From: Thecamonas trahens ATCC 50062
Taxonomy: Eukaryota > Protista > Apusomonadida
NCBI RefSeq assembly: GCF_000142905.1
Contig: NW_013657649.1
Location: forward strand, 62,001-126,000
DNA: 64,000 nt
Direction of reading: 5' to 3'
In this document: one piece after another, positions 44,217 to 57,277 of the stretch
Layout: each line of letters begins with the position of its first letter
Numbering within the stretch: the first letter of the stretch is position 1
Notes under the pieces: generated by a model
Databases searched by the model: none
Told to the model about the DNA's origin: nothing
Seen by the model: only the letters and a program-made list of their open reading frames with translations
Position numbers and translations under genes: made by a program

Positions 44217-44977
44217 CTACACAGGGCTCGACGCCTTGCGCTCACGGAAAGTGTTGATGAGCTTGATAAAGAGGATCGGCAGGCGGATGGTGACAAAAGC
44301 AATCATAAAGTAGTAGTACGAGATGAGGACCGAGTGGGTGTTGCGCGGCGTGAGCGCCACATACAGCACGATGTAGCCGAGCTGGACGCCGACGTCAAGA
44401 ACCCGCGAGGCGAACGAAGCCTGAGGCGCCGTCGAGACAAGAAGGTACTCCATAGCATGCGGGTGCTCGCCGCCCCCGGTCCCACTACCTTCCTCCGCAC
44501 TCCCACCACCGATCCCACCCACCAGAGGCGTTTGCGCCGCCCAGGATCCCTCGCGTGCTCTTGCCGCAATGGAAAATGTTGACACAAACGGGTTGAACAG
44601 CGTCGCGGCCGTCCGCCGCTGGTTGCCCACATACAGCCACAGCAGGATCGTCAGTGGAATGAACCACTTGTCCGTCTCGGTAAACTTGCCCACCTGCGAA
44701 AAGGCCGAGATGAAAATCGAGCCGCAGATGCCGAGGAACCTATCGCCGGCCATCCACCCGCGCCTCTTCCCTCTTATCAGCAATTGCCATCCGACGCCAT
44801 TCAGCCCTTTCACTCGCGCACTTTGGCCACCTCTGGCCAACTCCGGTCCCACACCCACCCACACATGCCATCCACCTACAGGTCCATGAACAGTTTGTCC
44901 GCAAAGAGTACCAGCTTGACTACCCGGTCACGTGCAAAGGTGACCGGGCTGGGGACCTTGAGTGTGATGCCTTTCAT
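44217..44977 (-). CDS. Small multi-pass membrane protein of unknown function; intron 44879-44740
   Basis: Exon 1 MKGITLKVPSP...LFMDL joins FLGICGSIFISAF via GTAGGT...GATAG in phase 2; about 4 hydrophobic segments. Confidence 0.7.
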
Positions 44978-45129
44978 TGTTCCCTGCGGTCAGAGTAAAG
45001 TGCGATAGGGCGGTGTGGTGTGGGGCGCTTCGGCCTGCTTTGTTGCCTGCCGCACGGCGGCGGGTGGTGGTGCGTCATGCTGACATGGCCCCACCCAGCC
45101 GGCCGAAGACGCGCGTGCGATACAGCTCG

Positions 45130-48100
45130 TTACACAAACGGTGCCCAACCAAAGAAGATCTGCGAAAGGAGCTCGTCGGACCGGGCTTCCAGAATCAACT
45201 TGTTGACCTGGCCTGAGATCGAGAGGAGCTCGCCGTCTTCAAAGCCCTGCAGCTTTTGCTTGACTCGCATTACCACTCGTTCCGCTTCCTTGGCTGACGC
45301 CGGTGCGCCGCCTGCACTCCCACCAGCACTGGCGGCTTCGAGCGCAGCGAGCTCCGACTCGTTGTCGTTGCCGCGGTTCTGGAGCTGGCACTTTTTGACC
45401 GGCGCGAGCGACCAGCGGTAGAGCGGATCGTGGACAAGGACGTCAAGAATCGTCACCAAGAGCTCCTGCGAGGTCCGGAGAACCCGCAGCATCGCCTCAC
45501 ATGACGCCCGGAACAGGCCCTCAACCCCAGTGGCACCCATGCCGTCTACAACATCGGCGGTCAGCCTAAACGGCACAAGCTCGGGCACCGAAAGCACGCG
45601 GCCCTGCTCAAACGCCACTCCCAGATCGATGTGCACCACTTCGCCGCTCGAAGAGTCTAGCAAAATGTTGAACGAGTGCCGGTCGCCGATGCCCAGCACA
45701 TATCCGACCATCGAGTTGGCCGCCACAGACCGGGTGTATGCGCTCCGCCGCGCAAACCACTCCACCGCGTCCGGATACCGCTCGAGGAAGAACTTGTGCA
45801 GGACAGGCGTAAAGTTTTCCTTGATCTGCCGGAACATCGTCAGCTTGTCCTCACGGCTTCCTTCCGCCACTCGCTTCATCATCTTGAGCGCAGACGAGTA
45901 CGTCAGCTCCTCAGGATGGTATCGCCCGTGCGCCGAGTCGGACCACACTCTTGACACCGGCTTGAACAGATACTCGCCGAGCGGGACAGTCGAATCGACA
46001 AACTCAAGAAACCCAGCCCGTGGCGCAAGTGGCACAATCTTGTACGTGCGCACGTGCAGCTGGCGCGCCCGTGCCGAGCCGCGCCCGTGCAGCACCGCGT
46101 TGACCAGGCCAAACACCTGCTGCATCACCGCATCCTGTCGCATGTCATCCCGGCCCTTGACAAGCTGCCGATACGCCCGTCCGTCACTTCCTCGCAACAT
46201 CACAATCTTGGGCATGTTGATGCCCGACGCCACGTCAAATGCATCCTCAAACGACTCCACGCGGCACGTCGCCATACTCGCCGTCCGACGCGAGGCTCAG
46301 CGCCAAAGACGGCACCGCCAAGAGCCCCAGCTCGAGCTTGTTCAGCTCTGCCATCTGCGCCGCCGCCGCCGTTGAGGAAAACGCCTGCGGCAGCCGCCGT
46401 TGCTCCTGCGTAACAGGCAGCTCCGAAATGACCAGATACATCTCCACCAGCATCTCCATCGTTGCCACCAGCCCGCGCGGCAGCTGGGCCTGCAGCCGCC
46501 GAAGCAGCGCCTGCGCCGCTGCGGTCTTCACCTGGTTGGTCTGGAACGACGACGACGCCCCGGCGGCTCGCTCGCCGTTGGCGAGTGCAAACACTTGGTA
46601 CAAGACGTGGTACGGGTGCTCCAACGCCATCCGCTCCACAAGCTTTCCCAGCACCGCCTGGAACCCGGAGCCATCCTCGCTTCCCAGCCGCGAGCTGATC
46701 TGGTACACCAGCGGCACAAACTTGAACGAAGCTACATTGCCGATCCGCTCACCCACACGAATGTTGACCTCACGGTCGTCTGCGTGTTCGAACCAGAGCG
46801 AGCAGAGCCGAAACACCCGCAGATCTGCCTCAGAGCCCCAAGCCAGACACGAGAGGTATGCATCTAGCGCTTTGTCGCGCAGCACGCTCCGCGACTTGGC
46901 CAGCACGCGCAGCCGCGCCTCGTCCACACCTAACTCCTTTGTCCGCGCCCTGATGAGCCCTTGCAGAATCTTCTTGCGATCTTTTTGCGTGCCTCGACTC
47001 GAGCTCTTTCGGCGTACCTCCAGTTCGGCCAGCTGTTGCTTAAACTTGACAATCTCGGCCTTTCGGCGCTCGTGCAAGCGCCGGATCTCGCGGCCCTCAT
47101 GCGACTGCTCCTGGTCCTTCAACGCCTGGTACATCTCATCTGTGTAACGCGCAATCGCCTCAAATGACGCCGTCACCTCATGTCCGCTGCCCGCCGCCTC
47201 TAGTGTCCGCGCCCGCTCCAAGTACCGCTCGATGATGACCGACGACGACTCGCCACGCGTCTCCGACAGCCACGTCCCCATCAGCCGCAGCGCTGACGAG
47301 AGCACCTTGGTCTCGGCTTGGCTTCGCACCATGTTCTCCAGTCGCCCCACCAGCGCCCGCGCCCGCGCCACAGCCTTGCGCTTCTCGCCTAGCTGCCAGA
47401 ACACCTTGGCCTCGTCAAGCGCGAGTTCACCGAGCGACTCGCCATTGCTGCTTCGCACTAGCCGCGCCACACCCATCAGCGCCGTATTGTACTGCCCAGC
47501 CTCTGCCGCCCGCACGCTCAAGCTCCGCAGCACGCCTACCGCGGCCTTGCGTGCATTCGACGCGCTCAGCAGCCACGCCTTGACCAACATCACCCGCTCC
47601 ACAGCCTCAAACGGCGTCAGCGGTGCCACTCCGCCGGCAATCTCAAACTGAGGCCCGTCCATGTCCCAACTCCACTCGCCGCTCGCCACTCCTTCCATTG
47701 CATTGATCACGTAGAGCTTAGGCAAGACGGCCAGCACGTCTGGCTTGATCACGCTGCCTACTCGTGTCTCGGTCCGCATCTCGCTCCGCACCTCGTGCTC
47801 GGCCACTCCGCCGCTGACAGACTCGATCACTCGCGCGCGCGCTGCGCGCAGCGACTGCGCCTGCTCCTCGGGCTTGCCGCGCTGCAACGCCGCCAATGCG
47901 CGTCCAAACTGCTCCTCGGACCCGACCTCACCGCGCAGCCTGACCTCGGGCTCAACTGCACTTGCTGCTCCGGCCACCTCGCAAACGCTACGCCACACAG
48001 ACTCGCGCCACGCCCGCCCGGCGGCCAGCTCGCGGACAGACCTCGGCACCTCTCGATCGCCCATCGCCTGTAGGCTCAGGCCAAAGAGAAATCCGTGGTC

Positions 48101-51100
48101 CAGCGAGTGGAGAACAGTCGCAAGTCCAACTCGCGCACAAGCACCACCGGCGCCCTCGCATAGCGCCGCATCAAACGAGGCTAGCGCACGTGTCCCGGCA
48201 CCTTGCGATGCGTAGAGCTCGCCTAGATGCACAACGTCATCCACGCCCGCGCTCACTCCGAGTGCAGCAACCGCCTCAGTCTCCCCGAGCGCCGAGTACA
48301 CCTCAAGCAGTACGTTGTCCAGGCCGGCGTTGGACCGACACCGTAGGCCCCACGAGTCAACGAAGACGAGGCCAAAGTGACTCCGCCCGCATGCCACAGC
48401 CGCCCGCGCCACAACTGCAGGATCCAGGTCCAGCCACAGGCTCGAGGCCCACTCGAGCGGCTGCTTGTCGGCGTCGGCAAAGACAGCCTGCCGCCGCAGA
48501 AACGCGAGCACCTCTAGCAGCATACCTGCATCCGCCACTGCCTCGCTTCTGGCATCGACTGCGACTGCCGCCTCGAGCACTCGCGTTGCATCGCCGCTCA
48601 GTGCGGTGTGGAGCACAGCTCGCTCTTCTTCATCACTCCGAGTAGCTGCCTCAAAATACAGCAGCGGCAACGAGAGCGTGACCCACCACGATGAGTGCAC
48701 CAGCAGCGGCTGCAAGAGCCGAAACAGACCGACGCACGAGACAAAAGAGAGCGCAAGTGCCGCCCGGCGCGCCCAACCCCACTCGCCTGCGCCGCGGCAC
48801 ATACCCCGAAACGAGTCGGACGCCTCGGCGGCAAACTGCGACACATCCCACTTTGCCTCCTCCGCCGGCGACGCTTTGAACGGAAACGCAAGGTCCGCAC
48901 AGAGCCAGACCAGCAGTGATGAGAGCGACGAGCACGTCCCAGACGACGGGACTTGGAGCACGGCTTGCACACTTCGCGGCAGCTTCCTCTTCACTTGGCC
49001 CCACTGTGAGCCCAGTGCGGCCTCGGCCTTCATCAGCAGCAAAAAGCTGAGTCGACTCAAATCCTCGCGTGCATCGCCTAGCTGCTCCACAGCTGCCGTG
49101 AGAATGACTCGCTTTGCCTCGACCATACTCGCCGTCAGACGCTTGTTCTGGCATGCCTCCAGCGCCCGCATCCGCGCGCTCCGCACCTCTGGTCCGTACA
49201 TCGAGTACGAGCCACGCGCACGCTCGCGTGCACGCTCCAGCATGCTAATCACCGCAAGCGAGGCCGAAACCCGCTTGCCGCTGCTGTTGAGCGGTGCCAT
49301 CCGAAGCCATGCCTCATCGCGCGCCTCGCGGGTCCGCCGCGCCTCAAACAGCGAGCCAAGTGCCCCAAGACTGCCCAGCACGCTCGCCGCAAGCACCGCA
49401 CGTTCGCCGTCAGCCCGCCGTGCGATGCCCCACACCCGCTCGACAAGTGTGGCCAGAAGCGCGCTCCCAGCGTTGGACACCACCTCGTCATCCGAGAGCA
49501 CAATTCGCGGGCCCGCATGTAGCCAGCCTTCCATGTGGACAGCCAGCGCACGAAGCGCGACTTCTTGGACCCGCGCTTCGCGGGTCGCAAGACCAGCCAG
49601 GTGCTCAGCCAGCTGGACAAACCAGTACGCCGCAGCCTTGGCCTCGGAGCTTGCTGCCGCACACGCCGCACCTCTTCCAGCCGACGATGATCGCCGCCGG
49701 CGCATCGATGGCTTGTGCTGGCCGGCATCGTCATTGCTCCGCCAGCCTCGCACCACCTCTTGCAGAGCGGCGACACGCTCGTCTGCATTCGCATCGAGCG
49801 CGAGTACCGCATACCCGTACACACTTTCGATTCGCCACTCGCTGGCTGGCAAGAGAACAAGGCCCAGCAGAGAGACAGCCTTGATCTGGACCGACAGCTG
49901 CATGTCAGAGCGTGCAAGACCAGCCGTGTGAGCTACCAGCAGCTCGCCTAGCTGCGCCACCACCTCACTCCTGCCGTTTGTCACCAGCCAGCCTAGCACT
50001 GCAAGCGCCGACTCGGCTAGTGCGGCGTCGTCGCCCAGCACCCGCACACAAGCGTTGACCACCAGGCCTGCGAGGTGTCCCTCGTTGAGCACTCGATCAC
50101 CAAGCACCCGCCGCGCTGCCCACACCAACTGCTTAAAGAGCGTCTGCTTGTGCTCACTCCGCTTCGCCTGTGCAATCCATCCGTTAAAGTGCAGAAAAAG
50201 CGCATGGACGCACGCGCTGGTCATGACGTCGCCGTGGTTCGACTTGGTCAACTGCACCAGTGCCTTCTCCACCACCTCGGGCGAGTACGCAATAACCTCT
50301 GCCGTCGCGCAGGCATGTCCGACCTCATCAGGGCTTTCTCCAGACAGCCGCGCCAATTCGGGCCTGCCGCCGTCGTCATCATCATCATCATCATCGTCGT
50401 CGTCATCGTCGTTGACACAGACATCAAGGCTAGCTAGCTCTTGCAGCCGCCTTGTTACATCGGTCGAGCCGACATGCCACTCGTCGGGGAACTCGACCAG
50501 TTTCGCAGCCTCTCCTGGCGAGAGCGCTACACTCCGCAGTAGCCAGATGACCATGAGGTCAAGGTTGGCGTTGGCGGTGGCATCCAGTGACGGAACTTTG
50601 AGCAGCTTCGGCAGATACTCACCCATCAGAGTGTCGGCAAGCGCGTAAGCGGAGTCGTGGCCAGCCGAGAAGAGCGGGACGAAACCGGCGAAGACCGGTC
50701 CAAACACCGCGTTCACCACCTTGCGCACCGACGAGAGGCCGGCCAGCTGGGCGAGTACCTTGAGCGCATCAGTCCACCGGGCGAGCACCAGCCGCGGCAC
50801 AATGGCCGGCAGGAGCTGGCTCCACCAGAGCGGCCCGTCACGCGCCACCTGGCCACACCCGCAAACACCAGCCATCAACTCGCCTAGCTGGCGAAGGGTA
50901 GAAGCATCGCCGTCTGCAGCGGAGAGCCACTGGGCCACCAAAAAGCCGGCATGGCGGGCCGCCCACTCGCAGGGGCAACCAAAGCCGAGTGCCTTGGCCC
51001 CAGTTTCCAGTCGACCCTTGGCCATTGAGCCCAGAGCAGGAACGTGCGCACTCACTCGCAGCAACTCGAGCACAGCATAGCACTCGTGTGAGATCGAGGC

Positions 51101-54100
51101 TTGCGCAAGTGCCGGCTGCAGCTGCGCAAACAGCATGTACGCGCCAGCCGCAGAAGCGCGCTGTTCGTCCAGCATCAAGTTCGAGATGTCGTCGAGGAGC
51201 ATTGAGTGGAAGCTCGGCTTGAGCGACGAGAACAGTGCCTGGACCGCTCTGGTGCAGCTTGCTCGCACCCCAGGCGCCGCGTCTGCAAAGCCGGCCATCA
51301 GTACCTCGATCGCGAAACAGTCATTGAGCGGCGATAGGTGGACGGCGGGAAAGACCCGCCCGGCCAGCAAGCTCCGCGCCCGCCAGCCCACAACCTGTTC
51401 CTTCATCCCTGGCACAATGACATGGAGCACAGCATCGCCAAAGGCGGAAAGCAGTGACTGACCATTGCAACTCTGGTCAGCAGCAACAACCGCTTGCGCC
51501 GCGACAACCGGCACCACCTCTACCACCCGCGTCAGCTCGAGTACCACCATCGCCACCAGCGCATGCGTGCCGACCACCCGCACTTCGAGCCACTTGGTCA
51601 ACTCGAGAGCCACAGGCATGACAGAGGCCAAACACACCGACACAAACTTGGCCTTGTCGTCGGTTGTAGCGCTTGGCTCAGCGGCAACCAGGGCGCGTCC
51701 GACCGCACAGTACCCGATTGCCAGTGAAGACAGCGCCAGGCACCCCAGTCCAGGATCCTCGACCATGACCACCACGTCGCGGTGCAGCGTGGTTTCCAGC
51801 CGAGTCCGCATCGGTGAGAGCCATTGCTCGTGGACCTCGCCCAGCGTGTCGGCCCAGGCAGTGTCGTCGTCAACCGAGTAGGCGAGAGCGGCGGCAGCGC
51901 AAGTGACTCCGTCCATGGCGGCAAGAAGGACCGCGCCGGGGGCGCTGATCTGCGGCGTCAGCAATGCATCAACAATATGGACTGAGCCCTCGCGCGCCAT
52001 GGCACCTGGCGACTCCTGGAGGGCCACAACCCCAGCAACCGACGGCGACGTGATCGTGAGCATGTCGGGCGGCCCGCTGCGCGATGCGCCAGCCACGTCG
52101 TCGCCGCCGACCATCTTGCGCCGCTTGCGCTTCCGCCCGAAGATCGACGATGCCTGTGACGCATGGCTCGTCTCAGAGCCGAGTGAAAACCCGTCGTCAA
52201 TGTCCTGGGACAGACTCGTGCTGTCGTCAAATATCCGAAACCGACCAAGGCCGTCCCCTCTGCGAAGTCCCGGGTCAAAGGCATCGCGCGAAGTTCGGCC
52301 GGTGAGCAGTCTGCTCGAGCCGGCCGCTTGCGGCGATGGGCTTGGCCCGAGGCTGTTGCGCGTCCACTTGGCAAGATCTATGTCGGCTAGCACGGCATTG
52401 ACCACCGCGCTAAGGCCCGAGTAGCCGTCGATAAGAACGGCTGCTGCAACCCGTGTGGCCATGGCAGCGGCGATGGCGCCGAGGCTGGCGAGTGCAGCGA
52501 TAAAAGAGTCGAGCCCCACGCTGGCTGCCAGCATAGCCACGCCCTGCCCTGGGCTTTTGATGGCAGCCTCGACCGTCCGTGTCGCAGGTAGAACGACCTG
52601 GGCCATGACTTTGCCAGCGGCATCGGCCAGAGCGTCAAGTATGTTGCTCGCGTGGGCATCAGCGCCACCGTCGGTCTCGTACAGTACGGAAACAGCACAA
52701 GCATGGGCCAGCGCGCAGCACCCGCGCTCAGCGGCTGCCATCTGGGCGGCAGGTGAGAGGCTGGCAATGGTTGCACAACTGCCTCGTTGCCGCTTTTGGC
52801 CAGTCTGTGCGGATGTAGCAGCCGGAGCCAACGCAGCCTCGACCAGACTGGACAATACCGCTGTCAATGACTCGAGCCCGGCTGGATCGTTGCTAGTAGC
52901 GAGAAGCCCTCTGGAGGAGAACGACGGACGGGGAGGAATACGATCGAGAACCTCAGCCAGAACGTTCGGCGTGAGGGTCACGCGCCCGAGCTCATGAAGG
53001 GCCGAGCATGCCGAGGGCACACGGCGCGGATCGGCGTGTCCGTCAAGGACTGCCTGCGGAAGCGCCGCGGCAGGGAGCCGCAGCAAGGGCGCGGATGAGT
53101 GGACAGCCCGAGCAGCAAGTGTTAGCAGCATGTCTTCGAGGACAGCGGCGTGGCTTGCGGTGGAACGCCATGTTGGGACAAGCGATGGTGCAGCTAGCGA
53201 CGGAAGCGCTTGCTCAGTGACTCGCAGCGGGAGCGAGGTGCTCAAAACAGCTGCAAAGGTGGTGAGGTCAGTGACGCTGGCGCTTTCAGCCCCAGTTGCT
53301 GTTAGCGCGACCAGAAAGTCGAGGGCAGCAAGGGCATGCAAGTGATCAGGGTGACCGGGTGGATTCCCAAGCGCATCGCCAGTGAACTGCTTGCGAAGAA
53401 GCGCAAAAACCGGAGCCGGAAGACATGGCTGGCGTTGGCGACGACAACACTCGACAGCGCCGGCGCCAGCTCGGGGATCGATAGAAGGCGGGTAGTCATG
53501 CAGATAAACGGAGAGGCAACGTGAGGATCAACGAGCGGGGCGCAGCGGAGCGCAACGTCGACAAACTCAAGCCAAGCTGCCGGACCGGGGGAGAGGGCGA
53601 CTAGATGTGCGGCAGGCTGGAGCACGACGCCGGCGTGCGCAATAGCACCGGCAGCAAAGAGCGCATTGGCGTGGAGCTCGGTTTTGTCGGGTTGCAGTCC
53701 CTCCAGCACGTTGATAAGCGGCCCAAGGAGAAGGCGGCTGCCGACGAGCTGGCCGACGATCATGCTCAGCTGCGGAGGAACAACTACGCCGGCGGTAAGG
53801 ATGTCTGCGACGAGGCGGCAGCCATGTAAGACAAGGTAACCGAGGAAAAGAAGCCACGACGAGGCGGCCATCTCGTCGAGCGACGACGACTCGACGTCGA
53901 GGGCAGCTACGGCGGAGCTGACAAGGCGCATAAGCGGCACAGTGTGTTTCCGCGGCGGCGACGACGCCAACTGAGTGTGGTACCAGGCGGCAGCGGCGGT
54001 GGCAAAGGCATCGATACCGAGCGGCGACGGAAGGCCGTGGGTCACATACCGATCGTCGGCTGGCGCCACAGCATACGGTGGTGGCGCGCCCGCGGTCGGC

Positions 54101-55348
54101 GGCGCTAGGCTGAGCGGAACGCCGGCCGATGAGTCAGTGACCTTGATCTGGCTCTTGATATTGTTCAAAAGGGAGCCTGCAGAGAACTCGGCGATGGCGC
54201 GCTCGACGAGACGCGGCATGCCGGGCAGGAGCTTACCGGTGGTGCCGGGTGACGCCAGCCGCAGCATGAGCTGGACGAGGAGGCAGAGCTGCGAGCGAAG
54301 CGCAGCGCGCGGGCCCGGCCCGTCGAGCTCGCCGGTCCAGGCAGCTTCGAGGAAGCCCATCAGTGGGCCGCGCCACAGCTCAAGGACAACCTCAACCGAG
54401 TTGAGTCCATATCGGACGAGAATGAGGTTGACTAGGGTGACAAGGGCGGTAGCAAGCTTGCTCGCGGCATGGCGAGGGCCGAGCGCGGCCAGCGTTTGGC
54501 TCAGCTGGCCGAGCATGTCGTTGACAATTTCGGGCTTGACATCGCACACATCGGCAGTGATGAGAGACTGTAGCGCCGATGCGGCGAGCTTGCCCAAGTC
54601 GGGCGAGAGGTCTGGGTCGACCACGAGGGCTGTCCGGCGGACCAGGGTGTCGACGAGCTTGGAAACGACTTCATGGTCATCGGCGAGCTTGGACGCCACC
54701 AGCGGTGAGGAGAGGCAGTCGATGAGGATGCGAAGATAGTGTCGGCCATAGCCGCAGACGAGCAAGTCGTTGTTGACAACAAGGACAGCGTGTTCAAAGA
54801 AGGCCAGCGCCTCGGGGTAAAGCACCTGCTCGCGCGAGTCGAGGACCATGGCGATAATGGAATGCATGGCAGCGCCCGGCCGGTCGCCGTTGGAAGCCGT
54901 GCCAAAAGCGGCCATGCCCATGGCAAACACGCTTCGCCCAACAGCCGATCCGCTGCGGACCTTCTTCACCACGGCGTCGCCCTCACGGTTGACAAGCGTC
55001 GTGAGAGCCTTGACCACCTCCATCCATGTCACAAGGTTGCGCTCGCCACGTAGCTCGACCTGCCTCGTGTTGCGGTCGAGAACATCCTGAACAGCCTGCA
55101 CACTACTGGCTTCCCCTCCCAGAAGCTGGTCGTACAAGCTCAGCCCGGCCTACACACACCCATGGTCCACAAGTGAGTACCATCGTCGCCCACCGTCCGA
55201 AAAAGGTCGCACTCTGCGCCCAGCCTTCCTACCCCCCAAACCACCCCCCCCCGGCCCCCCACCTACATACCTTACGGTCGCGAGCCTTTGTCGAAACCAG
55301 CTTCTTACACATGGTCTCCAATCGCTCATTCTCTTGTATCCACGCCAT
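45130..55348 (-). CDS. ATM: ATM/Tel1 PIKK kinase; one intron (55270-55150) and two apparent frameshifts (about 53412 and 46262)
   Basis: Spliced N-terminal TAN motif LVSTKARDRKAGL; FAT region (SFKFVPLVYQISSR, EHPYH); GINMPK...GSDG...QLVKGRDDMRQDAVMQQVF; GDRHSFNIL; HIDLG; PELVPFRLT; FATC GQVNKLI.EA..DELLSQIFFGWAPFV. Confidence 0.93.
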
Positions 55349-55544
55349 GTGGCAGAGTAGACTGGCCGCTAACCCCCCCCTGCCACAGAGCTGAATGTAG
55401 TACCACCGCTCGCTCATGGCCGACTTCGTGATCGTGATCGCCGGCTGCTCCTTGACCGCCCGGCCAACGAGCCCACCAACCGTTCTTCCGTGGCACCGGC
55501 CGCTCCCCTGCTGCTGACAGTGGCACCACACGTCTGCACAAGCC

Positions 55545-57023
55545 ATGGTACGAGGCCAAAGTAGCTACAGATAGCTTGTCCCGTAGGAGTCGTAGCATAT
55601 ATTCCCCTTGCAGGTTGACATTGGGAGGGGTGGGGGGGGGGGGGGGGAAGGGCTTGGAGGGCGTGGGGGTGGAGGGTCGGTCGGTGCGGTTGAAATTTGC
55701 GCGCGCGCCCCTGCTACCTGCGCCCGCTACCAGCCAGGCATAGACGGAGAGGGCGGGAGAGCGAGGAGGGGACAGAATGGGTGTAACAAAGAGACAGTGG
55801 GGGAGTGTGTGCGACTTATGGGTGTGATGGTGTGGGCATGGGTATGCTGGACTGTGCTGTGTGCGGCTGCGTGGGGGGGGGGGGGGGGACCGGGGCCGCC
55901 GGCAGGCATCGGTGCTCGACGAGCGGTTTGCGTTTCTGGTGGAGTGGCATGATGCGCTTGCGTCGCTGATGCGGCGTTACCATCTGTTCTACTACGTGGA
56001 GGATTCGACGCTGGAGATGTACGACATCAAGAACCGGCGGACGTTCCTGAAGCGGACACGGTATGAGGACATCGAGCTGAGCGACCTGTACATCGGGGCG
56101 ACGGTGACGGTGTACTCGCGGCAGCTGCATGTGATCGACTACGGCGATGAGTACACGGCCCAGACGATCGGGTCGCAGCTAGAGCGAACACTGGCGCTCA
56201 TCAAGCCGGATGCATACATCTCGATGGGCAAGATTGTGGACGAGGTGTCAAAGGCCGGGCTCTCTGTGGCGCAGGCGCGGATGGTGAAGCTGACGGAGCG
56301 GCAGGCGGCGTCGTTCTATGCTGAGCACGCGGAGCAGCCATGGTTTGGCGATCTTGTTGGGTTTATGACGTCAGATGCGGTCATTGCGCTCGAGCTTGCC
56401 GGGCCGTCGGCCATCTCCAAGTGGCGGGCGCTGATGGGCGCGACGGATCCGGCCAAGGCCGAGCCCGGGACGATCCGGGCCAAGTTTGGCCATAACGCGA
56501 CGGCTAACGGCGTGCATGGGTCGGACTCTGCGGCGTCTGCGGCGCGCGAGCTGGAGTTTTTCTTTTCGGGCGCGGTCTCGTTCGATCAGACTGCTGTCTT
56601 TGACAACTGCACGGCGGTGGTGATCAAGCCGCACGCGGTGCTGTCAGGCGACATGGGCCCGATCCTTGACGCCATCCTCTACCAGGGCTTTGAGATTTCT
56701 GCCCTGCAGATGTTCCGCCTCTCTGTGGCGGACGCCGAGGAGTTCCTCGAGGTGTACAAGGGCATGGTCCCCGAGTATTCGCTCATGGTCGAGCAGCTGA
56801 CCTCGGGCCCGTGCCTCGCACTGGAGATCCGCGCTGAGTCGGCCGTCGCCGCCTTCCGCGACTTTGCAGGCCCGGTCGACCCGCAGGTGGCGGCCGCGGT
56901 CCGGCCGGACACCCTCCGCGCCCGCTTTGGCGTCACCACCGTCAAGAACGCCATCCACTGCACCGATCTCGAGACCGACGGCGAGCTCGAGGTTGCCTAC
57001 TTTTCCGCATTCTCCAGGAGTAG
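55545..57023 (+). CDS. NME7: NME7/NDK7: DM10 plus two NDK domains; probable ATG-only first exon (intron 55548-55905); apparent 1-nt deletion at 57001-57004
   Basis: ERFAFLVEW...LEMYDIKNRRTFLKR (DM10); ERTLALIKPDA, NGVHGSDS; IKPHAV, KNAIHCTDL. One extra T gives the expected end EVAYFFRILQE-stop. Confidence 0.9.
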
Positions 57024-57277
57024 AGCCCCTCTGAGTAGAGTCATTGAACACTGTCTTGCCCCCTGTTGCACCGGCTGTAAGGCCGAGGGTGTCTTTCAGC
57101 CCCGGCTCCCAGCACGACGTGGCATTGACGCGCAATTCGGTGAGCGGAAGGCTGTCGGCCGCTAGTGGCAAGCCGCAAGCAGCCTGGGCGGGGTGTGTAC
57201 ACACGTCTCTCCGGCGTCTTCATCTCGACTGGAACCCCCCCTCTTTCCCTCTGCCCCTTCCTGTCTTCTCATTGACG

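Noticed and set aside
45130-55348. ATM (and other frameshifted genes) as pseudogenes or split genes
   Set aside because: All catalytic motifs are intact, there are no scattered stops, and the breaks are 1-2 nt indels in short runs, so sequencing error is more parsimonious.
4478-55348. DNA-repair cluster (TDP2-like, WRNIP1, ATM)
   Set aside because: The genes are spread over 50 kb among unrelated genes, with no evidence of linkage beyond chance.
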